Origin: Cloacimonetes bacterium UBA3900
Lineage (GTDB): Bacteria; Cloacimonadota; Cloacimonadia; Cloacimonadales; Cloacimonadaceae
Reading direction: 5' to 3'
Assembly (NCBI GenBank): GCA_002391675.1
Contig: DGFM01000038.1
Span: 1-63,863, forward strand
DNA length: 63,863 nucleotides
Position numbers and translations under genes: made by a program. Of this stretch, positions 56,387 to 63,863 are shown piece after piece; the first letter of the stretch is position 1, and each line of letters opens with the position of its first letter. The notes under the pieces were generated by a model. It was not told the DNA's origin, did no database searches, and saw only the letters and a list, made by a program, of their open reading frames with translations.

Positions 56387-57502
56387 ATGCTGAAAGTAAT
56401 AACAGTGGTTGGTACCCGGCCGGAGATCATCCGGCTGGCGTGTGTGATCCAACTCTTTGATAAATATACAAGTCACATCCTGGTGCATACGGGCCAGAAC
56501 TACGATTATGAGCTGAATGAGATATTTTTTGAAGACTTGCAGCTTAGAAAACCGGACTACTTCCTCAATGTGGATACCTCCTCGCTGGGACGTGTTTTGG
56601 GAGAAACGCTGATCGGGATCGAGGAAGTAATGCGCAAGGAAAAGCCGGATGCCATGCTGATCCTGGGCGATACCAATGCCAGCATTGCGGCCATCATGGC
56701 AAAACGCATGCGCATCCCCATCTATCATATGGAAGCAGGAAACCGCAGCTTTGATGCCAATGTGCCGGAAGAGATCAACCGGAAAATGATCGATCATATT
56801 GCTGATTTTAATCTGGTTTATACTGAGAATTCCAGACGTCACCTGCTGGCAGAAGGGTTGTCGCACCGCAGGGTGTATTTGACGGGCTCACCAATGTTTG
56901 AGGTTTTAAATCAATATCTGCCCAGAATAAAAGAGTCTAAGGCTCTTGAGGAACTGGATTTGGAGGCAAGAAAGTATTTTCTGGTCTCCGTGCATAGGGA
57001 AGAGAATGTGGATTATCCGGAAAACCTCAAGGCTATTGGCAAGGTGCTGAACACCTTGGCTGAAACCTATCAGTATCCAATTGTCGTCAGCACTCATCCC
57101 AGGACTAGGAAAAGAATAGAGATGCTGGATGGCTTCGTCTTCGATCCACTGATCAGGTTTCTTAAGCCCTTCGGCTTCCTGGACTATAACTATCTGCAAA
57201 TGAATGCTAAGTGTGTGATTTCCGATAGTGGCACAATTAGCGAAGAAAGCTCAATTCTCAAGTTTCCTGCAATTACTATCCGCAATTCCATGGAGCGCCC
57301 GGAAGCTATTGATGCCGGAACCATTATCCTGACGGGCTTCAATCCCCAGACTGTATTGGATTCCATCAAGTTGGTGGTAGATGAAAATGCCGAGTATGAA
57401 AAGATCTGTCCAGAGTATGAAGTTGCAAATACATCCATGAGGGTGCTGAAGCTGGTGATGGGAACTGCAAGACTGCATAAGCAGTGGAGCGGACTCTATT
57501 AA
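56387..57502 (+). CDS. fnlC: UDP-N-acetylglucosamine 2-epimerase (FnlC/CapG type)
   Basis: VVGTRPEIIRL, HTGQNYD, LGDTNASIAA, HMEAGNRSFD..VPEEINRK, DSGTISEE. AAGGAGGAG lies upstream of ATG 56387. Confidence 0.85.
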   Translation: MLKVITVVGTRPEIIRLACVIQLFDKYTSHILVHTGQNYDYELNEIFFEDLQLRKPDYFLNVDTSSLGRVLGETLIGIEEVMRKEKPDAMLILGDTNASIAAIMAKRMRIPIYHMEAGNRSFDANVPEEINRKMIDHIADFNLVYTENSRRHLLAEGLSHRRVYLTGSPMFEVLNQYLPRIKESKALEELDLEARKYFLVSVHREENVDYPENLKAIGKVLNTLAETYQYPIVVSTHPRTRKRIEMLDGFVFDPLIRFLKPFGFLDYNYLQMNAKCVISDSGTISEESSILKFPAITIRNSMERPEAIDAGTIILTGFNPQTVLDSIKLVVDENAEYEKICPEYEVANTSMRVLKLVMGTARLHKQWSGLY

Positions 57503-57513
57503 GGTGCTGAAGT

Positions 57514-58011
57514 TTGTTTCACAATATAATCACGGCGATCCTGAAACACTCCTATAGAGGAGAGTTTAGATTTAGCGTCTCAGATGCCATTTTCAACGAG
57601 ATGGTGGCAAAGAAGCTGAATATACCCGGGGTTGCGGCAATTGATATTGCGAGTATGCACAAATACCTGCAAGCCAGGGTCTATCTTGGGCTCAGCCGCA
57701 AATATTCCTTCAAGATAGATATCAAACTGGAGTATGGTGGCTTCAGGGCTGGTGATAATACAGCAGTGCTCGTCTTCAATTGGGCTTGCCCCAAGCTGGT
57801 CAAAAAAGTTATCATACCCCGCCTCGAGAAACTGGAATTCATGTCTGCCCGAGATGGAAAGCTGGTCTTGGACTTTTACAAGATTAAGTCCCTGCAGGAT
57901 AATGAACAGATAATGGAAATCCTGAGCACTCTACGCCATCTTGAAGTTGGTTTTAGTCCCGGCGTGGTGGCGTTCAGAGCGAAGCTGTTGAATGATAGGC
58001 GAGAGGGGTGA
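57514..58011 (+). CDS. Hypothetical protein (165 aa, TTG start)
   Basis: ORF only, with no recognisable motif. It follows fnlC by 11 nt. Confidence 0.4.
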   Translation: MFHNIITAILKHSYRGEFRFSVSDAIFNEMVAKKLNIPGVAAIDIASMHKYLQARVYLGLSRKYSFKIDIKLEYGGFRAGDNTAVLVFNWACPKLVKKVIIPRLEKLEFMSARDGKLVLDFYKIKSLQDNEQIMEILSTLRHLEVGFSPGVVAFRAKLLNDRREG

Positions 58012-58214
58012 GGGGCTTACTTTCGGGTTGCTCACATTTTCTCATCGAAATTATGGATGGTGCCGACGTGCGGGATACTTGCCTGGCTAACTTAATTTGG
58101 CAATATTTGATGTAGATGGGTACTTGGTTGCCAGATAAGGAGATATGGCGTTTTGGTGAGCGGCGTTTCTGCCTTTTAGGTGAGGTCGTCAGGGTATATT
58201 ATAGAAGGGCTTTC

Positions 58215-58538
58215 GAAGAGTGAGAGAGGGAGGGGGCGAGCTGCGCTCGCAGTTGTCAGTGAGTGAGTTGCCAGTTGTGAGTTGCTGCGTGGGCTTTGAA
58301 GATGCGGATGGTTGTGGCGGGGATACGCACTTCTCTGGAGTTCTTTCCTTTTCCACGAATGCACACGAATTACACGAATGATATAATAAGGGGTTACGGT
58401 GGGCTGTAGTTGCAGAGACGGGGGAGCTCTGTGGGATGGATAAAGGCCATTGGTAGCTATAGAAATTACACGAATTATGAGATAAGAAGGTCCACGAATG
58501 CTTTTCTTTTTTCACGAATGCACCCGAATGGACACGAA
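58215..58538 (-). repeat. Composite repeat: R2 module (polypurine plus degenerate heptamers, 58215-58300) and a reverse-orientation R1 copy (58322-58538)
   Basis: GAAGAGTGAGAGAGGGAGGGGG...GCAGTTGTCAGTGAGTGAGTTGCCAGTTGTGAGTTGCTGCGTGGGCTTT, then CCACGAATGCACACGAATTACACGAATGATATAAT...GGCCATTGGTAGCTATAGAAATTACACGAA...CACGAATG...CACGAATT. Confidence 0.85.
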
Positions 58539-58581
58539 TTATGGAGGCGGCATCTCTGGCAGTGGCAAATGAGCGGTATTA

Positions 58582-58995
58582 ATGAATAATAGAAACATCA
58601 TCAAACATCTCTTCTGGATTTGGTTGATCTTGCTCCTGTTTCTCAATGTACTTCCAATAAACTTGGGCTTTGGGAGCGATGGGCAGCAGTTGAGTGGGCA
58701 GAAGGTGTTTGCCCTTCGTTTGGATTATCTGTTGCACTCGCTCACCTTTTTGCCATTTGCTGGTATCTGGCTTTTGGGGAAGAGGCTGGGAGTACGTTGG
58801 TTTGAACGTAATGAGGCGTTGAAGTTTTCTTCGATAGTGTTTCTGGCAGCGATTGGGTTTGAGCTCTTGCAACGGCTCACAACCTGGCGGACTTTTAATT
58901 GGGTGGATATGGCGTATAACGTGATCGGGGCTGTGTGCAGCATCGTTGTGATAGCTCTGAGCACGCTATTGACAGGGGAATGCCCAGAGGAATGA
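58582..58995 (+). CDS. VanZ-like membrane protein
   Basis: Four TM segments. LDYLLHSLTFLPFAG and WVDMAYNVIGA are typical of the VanZ family. Confidence 0.6.
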   Translation: MNNRNIIKHLFWIWLILLLFLNVLPINLGFGSDGQQLSGQKVFALRLDYLLHSLTFLPFAGIWLLGKRLGVRWFERNEALKFSSIVFLAAIGFELLQRLTTWRTFNWVDMAYNVIGAVCSIVVIALSTLLTGECPEE

Positions 58996-59014
58996 TCAGT
59001 TTAAGGATAACAAT

Positions 59015-59785
59015 ATGCGTGACTTTACTTTGCAAACTTACTCTCTCTTGTTGGATGCGCTCATCAAAGCAGGATACGACTTTCAGACTTTCAGGGACTA
59101 TATGCTCAATCCCAAGCAGAGGGTCGTGATCCTCAGGCATGACGTGGATAAAATGCCGGGCAACTCACTCTCTTTTGCCAAAGTAGAGGCTGAAAAGCAG
59201 TTGTCTGCATCCTATTACTTCCGGATTGTGAAGGAAAGCCTGGAGGCGGATAAACTGCTCTCCATTCGAAGTCTCGGTCACGAGATCGGCTATCACTACG
59301 AAGACATGGACCCTGCTAAAGGGGATTCATCGGTAGCGATAGAGAGCTTCAAGCAAAACCTTGCTCTCTTAAGGAAGTTGGCTCCCATTGAGACTATCTG
59401 TATGCATGGCAGTCCGCTTTCCAAATATGATAACAAAGACCTTTGGAAAGACTATAATTATCGGGATTACGGCATTATCGGTGAGCCCTACTTTGATCTG
59501 GACTACAATGAGGTTTTCTATGTGACGGACACGGGCCGCAAGTGGAACAACGCCGATGCCAGCATCAGAGATAAGGTGGAAAGTGGTTTTGATATCAGGA
59601 TTGACAGCACATTTCACTTTATCCAACTGCTCAAAGAGAATAAACTGCCGGACAAGATGATGATCAATACACATCCGCAGCGCTGGGATAACAATATGTT
59701 GCCCTGGCTGCGGGAGCTGGTGCTGCAAAACGTGAAGAATGTGGCAAAGAGAGTTTTGGCGCAGCTTCGTCACAAAAGTTCTTGA
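59015..59785 (+). CDS. Polysaccharide deacetylase-like protein
   Basis: VVILRHDVDKMP, SASYYFRI, LGHEIGYHYE, ICMHGSP. Confidence 0.65.
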   Translation: MRDFTLQTYSLLLDALIKAGYDFQTFRDYMLNPKQRVVILRHDVDKMPGNSLSFAKVEAEKQLSASYYFRIVKESLEADKLLSIRSLGHEIGYHYEDMDPAKGDSSVAIESFKQNLALLRKLAPIETICMHGSPLSKYDNKDLWKDYNYRDYGIIGEPYFDLDYNEVFYVTDTGRKWNNADASIRDKVESGFDIRIDSTFHFIQLLKENKLPDKMMINTHPQRWDNNMLPWLRELVLQNVKNVAKRVLAQLRHKSS

Positions 59786-59883
59786 CCGTAGTCAGGGGAC
59801 ATCTATGTTGAGCTCAACTTTACAATTTCTGCAAACCAATCTATCGGATCTCAGATCAACCTAAATGGAGGATTGATATAAAC

Positions 59884-60813
59884 ATGAAATACTTAGTCAC
59901 TGGTGGAGCCGGTTTCATTGGCTCCAACATCGTAGCCGAACTTTTGAAGCAAGGCCAGGAAGTGGTGGTCTTGGACAACTTTGCCACAGGCAAGCGGGAG
60001 AACATCCTGCCGTATGTGAAGAACCCGCTATTTACCATGATTGAGGGCGATATACGCAGCTTTCACATCGTGCGTTCTGCCGTGAAGGGAGTGGATTATA
60101 TCCTGCATCAGGGTGCCTTGCCGTCCGTGCCGCGTTCCATCAACGATCCCATTACAACCAATGACGTGAACGTCCTCGGTATGCTGAACATCCTGGAAGC
60201 AGCCAAGGAGTTTGGAGTCAAGCGCGTGGTTTTGGCATCCTCTTCTTCTATCTACGGGGATAGCGAAACCTTGCCCAAGGTAGAAGATATGCGCGTGAAT
60301 CCCATGTCTCCCTACGCTCTCACCAAATATGCGCAAGAGCGTTATTGCCAGGTGTTTTACAAGCTCTATGGCTTGGAGACGGTTGCCTTGCGCTACTTTA
60401 ACGTTTTTGGCCCCAATCAGGATCCCACCTCGCAATACAGCGCCGTGATACCTAAGTTTATCAGGCTGATCAAGAATGACAAAGAGCCCGTGATCTACGG
60501 AGACGGAACCCAAAGCCGTGACTTCACCTACGTGGAAAACAACGTCTGGGCAAACATCCAGGCCTGCACCGCAGAAAAGGCGCCGGGCGAGGTGATCAAC
60601 GTTGCCTGTGGAGAGCGCTATACCCTGATCGAGCTGGTGCAGATGATCAACAAAATCCTGGGTAAAAACATCGAGCCTAAGTTCGCACCCGATAGAGCAG
60701 GGGATGTGAAGCACTCTCAGGCAGGCATCGAGAAGGCGAAAGATATCTTGGGCTACAAAGTGAGAGTGAGCTTTGAGGAGGGACTGGAAAGGACAGTTCC
60801 GTCTGTGAAATAG
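59884..60813 (+). CDS. NAD-dependent UDP-sugar 4-epimerase (extended SDR)
   Basis: VTGGAGFIGSN, SSSSIYG, YALTKY, FNVFGPNQDP, GDGTQSRDFTYVEN. Confidence 0.85.
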   Translation: MKYLVTGGAGFIGSNIVAELLKQGQEVVVLDNFATGKRENILPYVKNPLFTMIEGDIRSFHIVRSAVKGVDYILHQGALPSVPRSINDPITTNDVNVLGMLNILEAAKEFGVKRVVLASSSSIYGDSETLPKVEDMRVNPMSPYALTKYAQERYCQVFYKLYGLETVALRYFNVFGPNQDPTSQYSAVIPKFIRLIKNDKEPVIYGDGTQSRDFTYVENNVWANIQACTAEKAPGEVINVACGERYTLIELVQMINKILGKNIEPKFAPDRAGDVKHSQAGIEKAKDILGYKVRVSFEEGLERTVPSVK

Positions 60814-60964
60814 TGGCCGAGTGTGATCGGGTATGGCAATTGGTAAGGAGAATTAGGGCAGGTAGGCATTCAAGGAAATATATGCTTGGAAGAAAGCGTG
60901 GTCTTTAGCATCACGACGAACAGTCCGGCTTGGCCGGCTGATCTTTATTCCTGAAGGAAGTGTT

Positions 60965-62566
60965 ATGAAACACAAAATCACCAAAGTCTCGCTTTTTATT
61001 CTCAACATCGCCATCGTGGTAGTTGCCTTCTTGTTGGCAGCCAAGTTTTTGAAGACGAGAAGCCGTTTGGCTGTAATCAACTACTGGAGGCCCATGATTC
61101 CATTTATGGTTATCTGGATTGGCACCGGCGTCTGGGGGCTCAAGTATTCGCTGAAGACGGTAAACAGTGGTGCCGAGATGGCCCGACGTGTGCTCAAGTG
61201 CGACGTGGTGGCGGCTGCCATCATTTTTGGCCTCATGTTTGTCTTCAATCTTTTCCACTATTCCAGGGCTATGGTGCTGGGTACCATGTTAGGTTCGGTG
61301 GTTATCGAACTATTTCTCTATGTGGGAATGTATTATGCACTGAGGTTCCGCACAGAAAACGAGACTTATGCCAGCACAAAACTGGTGACTCATTCCACAG
61401 AACTGGAGGAGTCGCAAAGCCCGAAATTCTTCATTGACAGCGCCAATGCCGTACCCGCAATCTCGGATACTACCTATATGCCGCCTTATGATGAGGTGAG
61501 CTCAGAGAACAGCATCATGATGCCGCTTCGTGAGAAATATCTGGCGGGAGACCGAGAGCTGTTTGACTTCATCAACGAATACCTGGATCTTACCCGTTTT
61601 GGCAAAGATGAAACACTCGTCCTGAACAGTGCTCAAATCTACAACATCCAAAACGAGGAGAAAGGCTCACGTCAGCTCTTTATCAATCTCCATAAGATCA
61701 ATGACCACCGTCGCCTCAACCGCTACATCATCCGCGTCAATGAAATGTTAGTGGATGGAGGAGTATATATCTGTCACGGCCAGACCATCCTGCAGCGTCG
61801 TAACGACGTCCTGAAGCGCTATACTCCCTACTTGGGCATCTTCGTTTACGGCTTTGAATTTATCCTCAAGAGGGTGTTTCCCAAGCTGCCCGTTCTGCAG
61901 GGCTGGTATTTTGCCATCACCAAAGGCAAAGGAAGGGCGCTATCCGAAACGGAAATGCTGGGACGCTTCTACTTCTGCGGTTTTGAACTGATCCACAAGC
62001 GTGAGATCAATGGCAAGATGCACTTTATCCTCAAGAAAACCGGGGCACCGCGCACGGATACGAATCCCACCTACGGGCCCTTTATCCGCCTCAAACGCCT
62101 TGGAAAAGACGGCAAGGTTATCTATGTGAAAAAGCTGCGCACCATGCATCCCTACAGCGAATACCTGCAGAGCTACGTGTATGCCACGGGCAATCTGGAG
62201 GAAGGCGGCAAGTTCAAGAATGACTTCAGAGTGACTTCCTGGGGGAGGGTGTTGCGCAAGCTGTGGATAGATGAGTTGCCACAGTTTTTAAACTTTTTCA
62301 AAGGAGAGCTGGGATTGGTGGGCGTGCGGGCGCTCAGTGAACACTACTTCTCGCTGTATCCGCCCGACGTGCAGGAGCTGCGTCTCAAGACAAAGCCCGG
62401 CCTGCTGCCACCTTTCTATGCGGATATGCCCAAGACTTTTGACGAGATCGTGGAATCCGAAAGAAGATACCTCTTGCAAAAGCTGGAAAAACCCTTCAGA
62501 ACCGACTGGAAATACTTCTGGAAAGGAGTGTGGAACATCGTGGTGAAAAGGGCGAGGAGCGGATGA
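60965..62566 (+). CDS. Polyprenyl-phosphate sugar-phosphate transferase (Bac_transf domain) with N-terminal TM helices and a methyltransferase-like middle region
   Basis: C-terminal KDGKVIYVKKLRTMHPYSE...FRVTSWGRVLRKLWIDELPQFLNFFKGELGLVGVRA. Middle region LNRYIIRVNEMLVDGGVYI...EMLGRFYFCGFELI. Confidence 0.8.
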   Translation: MKHKITKVSLFILNIAIVVVAFLLAAKFLKTRSRLAVINYWRPMIPFMVIWIGTGVWGLKYSLKTVNSGAEMARRVLKCDVVAAAIIFGLMFVFNLFHYSRAMVLGTMLGSVVIELFLYVGMYYALRFRTENETYASTKLVTHSTELEESQSPKFFIDSANAVPAISDTTYMPPYDEVSSENSIMMPLREKYLAGDRELFDFINEYLDLTRFGKDETLVLNSAQIYNIQNEEKGSRQLFINLHKINDHRRLNRYIIRVNEMLVDGGVYICHGQTILQRRNDVLKRYTPYLGIFVYGFEFILKRVFPKLPVLQGWYFAITKGKGRALSETEMLGRFYFCGFELIHKREINGKMHFILKKTGAPRTDTNPTYGPFIRLKRLGKDGKVIYVKKLRTMHPYSEYLQSYVYATGNLEEGGKFKNDFRVTSWGRVLRKLWIDELPQFLNFFKGELGLVGVRALSEHYFSLYPPDVQELRLKTKPGLLPPFYADMPKTFDEIVESERRYLLQKLEKPFRTDWKYFWKGVWNIVVKRARSG

Positions 62567-62616
62567 GCCTCCTCTTTAGCTGCATATGAACTATCAGGAT
62601 AAAACAAGGAACTAAT

Positions 62617-63708
62617 ATGAAAAACATACATCTAATCGTGGGTGCACGTCCCAACTTCATGAAGATGGCGCCTCTATATGACGAGCTGTCCCTGCATAAG
62701 GACAGGTTCAATCCGCAGATCGTCCACACCGGACAGCATTATGACAGGAAAATGTCCAAGCTCTTTTTTGAGGACTTGGGTATGCCCGCACCTCATGCAT
62801 ATCTGAAGGTGGGCTCGGGCACGCACGGACAGCAGACTGCACGCATCATCGAGAGATATGAAGAGTATATCCTGGATGGCAACAGGCCGGATCTGGTGAT
62901 CGTGGCGGGAGATGTCAATTCCACCATCGCCTGCGCCCTGGTGGCCAAGAAGCTGCATATCCCGGTGGCTCATTTGGAAGCGGGTTTACGCAGTTTTGAC
63001 GAGCGTATGCCGGAGGAAATCAACCGCGTGCTGACGGATCGCATCTCAGACCTGCTGCTCACACCCTCCATGGACGGCAATGAAAACCTGATCAAAGAAG
63101 GAATCGATCCCGCCAAAATCCACTTGGTGGGCAATATCATGATCGACTCCCTCATCAACCACCGCCAGAAAGCCATGGTCTCAAACATCCATCAGGAACT
63201 GGGCATAGAAGAGGGCACAGATTACGCACTCGTGACTCTGCACAGACCCTCAAACGTGGATGTGGCCTCCGGACTGAATATGCTGCTGGACGCCTTCAAC
63301 TACATCGGCAAGCAGATCAAGCTGGTCTTTCCCATGCATCCACGCACCAAAAAGAACATCGAACGCCTGGGCTTGCAGGATAAACTGGAAGCCATCCCCA
63401 ATCTATACATCACCGAACCGATCGGATACCTGGACTTCATGAAACTGCAGATGAATGCCAAACTCATCCTCACGGACTCCGGCGGCATCCAGGAAGAATC
63501 CACCTACTTCGGCATCCCCTGCCTCACCCTCAGAGAAAACACCGAAAGACCCATCACCATCACCGAAGGCACAAACCAACTGGTACCTCTTGACTCCAAA
63601 AGCATCATTGAATATACCATGAGGATACTGGACGGTGACATCAAACAAGGTTCTATTCCCAAATACTGGGACGGCAAGACCGCTGAGCGAGTGGTGGCGT
63701 TATTGTGA
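62617..63708 (+). CDS. wecB: UDP-N-acetylglucosamine 2-epimerase (non-hydrolysing)
   Basis: IVGARPNFMKMAPL, HTGQHYD, AGDVNSTIACAL, HLEAGLRSFDERMPEEINR, DSGGIQEE. Confidence 0.9.
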   Translation: MKNIHLIVGARPNFMKMAPLYDELSLHKDRFNPQIVHTGQHYDRKMSKLFFEDLGMPAPHAYLKVGSGTHGQQTARIIERYEEYILDGNRPDLVIVAGDVNSTIACALVAKKLHIPVAHLEAGLRSFDERMPEEINRVLTDRISDLLLTPSMDGNENLIKEGIDPAKIHLVGNIMIDSLINHRQKAMVSNIHQELGIEEGTDYALVTLHRPSNVDVASGLNMLLDAFNYIGKQIKLVFPMHPRTKKNIERLGLQDKLEAIPNLYITEPIGYLDFMKLQMNAKLILTDSGGIQEESTYFGIPCLTLRENTERPITITEGTNQLVPLDSKSIIEYTMRILDGDIKQGSIPKYWDGKTAERVVALL

Positions 63709-63741
63709 CGAGGAGGCCTTCCTCTCTGATAGGAGATAGAT

Positions 63742-63863
63742 ATGAAAGACAAAGTGGACGCTTTAGAAAAACGTAACCGGGAACTGAAGGAAGAATTGGA
63801 AAAGCTTCGCCTGCACATCAATTTTATGCAAACCAGGCTTGAAGTCATGTTAGAGGAAGGAGT
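63742..63863 (+). CDS. 5' fragment of a coiled-coil protein, truncated by the window end
   Basis: ATG 63742 is preceded by AGGAGA. MKDKVDALEKRNRELKEELEKLRLHINFMQ... has a heptad-like pattern. Confidence 0.3.
   Translation, partial: MKDKVDALEKRNRELKEELEKLRLHINFMQTRLEVMLEEG

Noticed and set aside
22100-58200. The glycan region as a classical integrase-mediated genomic island or prophage
   Set aside because: No integrase, tRNA attachment site or phage structural genes were recognised. The content is biosynthetic, and the boundaries are repeats and an IS rather than att sites.

Overview
The window appears to come from an uncultured FCB-superphylum (Cloacimonadota-like) bacterium. That placement is an inference from a T9SS SprA gene, a FlgD-Ig/T9SS-type C-terminal sorting domain and characteristic TTCGTG-rich intergenic repeats.

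Layout:
- 1-19.1 kb, higher-GC core genes: a class III cyclase-STAND-TPR protein coupled to a secreted caspase-like protein with a substituted catalytic dyad, then rocD, era, coaX, a 2100-aa sprA, a T9SS-sorted beta-propeller protein, and on the minus strand a WecA/MraY-type transferase plus a 577-aa unknown.
- 19.2-22.1 kb, a repeat-rich junction: three hairpins with an invariant loop, an intact IS256-family element with flanking direct repeats, a second inverted copy of the element found at 1-236, a polypyrimidine tract, and a 289-bp unit in tandem.
- 22.6-63.7 kb, a very large, almost entirely plus-strand surface-glycan locus, visibly more AT-rich over roughly 22-50 kb. It encodes a beta-helix lipoprotein, a fused ABC exporter, a Wzy-like polymerase, about six glycosyltransferases, three to four NodB-type deacetylases, a decarboxylase/class-IV aminotransferase/aldolase cassette, several amide-forming enzymes (CapK-like, two ATP-grasp, AsnB-like), a DegT-DUF354 fusion, FnlABC (UDP-L-FucNAc), a 4-epimerase, a Bac_transf initiating transferase and WecB.

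The best candidates for something new:
1. A defence-like insertion inside the glycan locus (45.3-49.9 kb): an ABC-type ATPase translationally coupled to a DUF4276/TOPRIM-like protein, plus a second orphan paralog on the far side of a glycosyltransferase.
2. An IVS-like four-helix-bundle cassette bounded by inverted heptamer arrays, which places (ACTCACA)4 tracts inside the 5' end of an ATP-grasp gene.
3. A mosaic repeat family with phased TTCGTG arrays that recurs inside the locus and near both of its ends.
4. The cyclase-STAND/pseudo-caspase pair.
5. The three-hairpin array with covarying stems.

All functional calls rest on motif recognition by eye. No searches were run.
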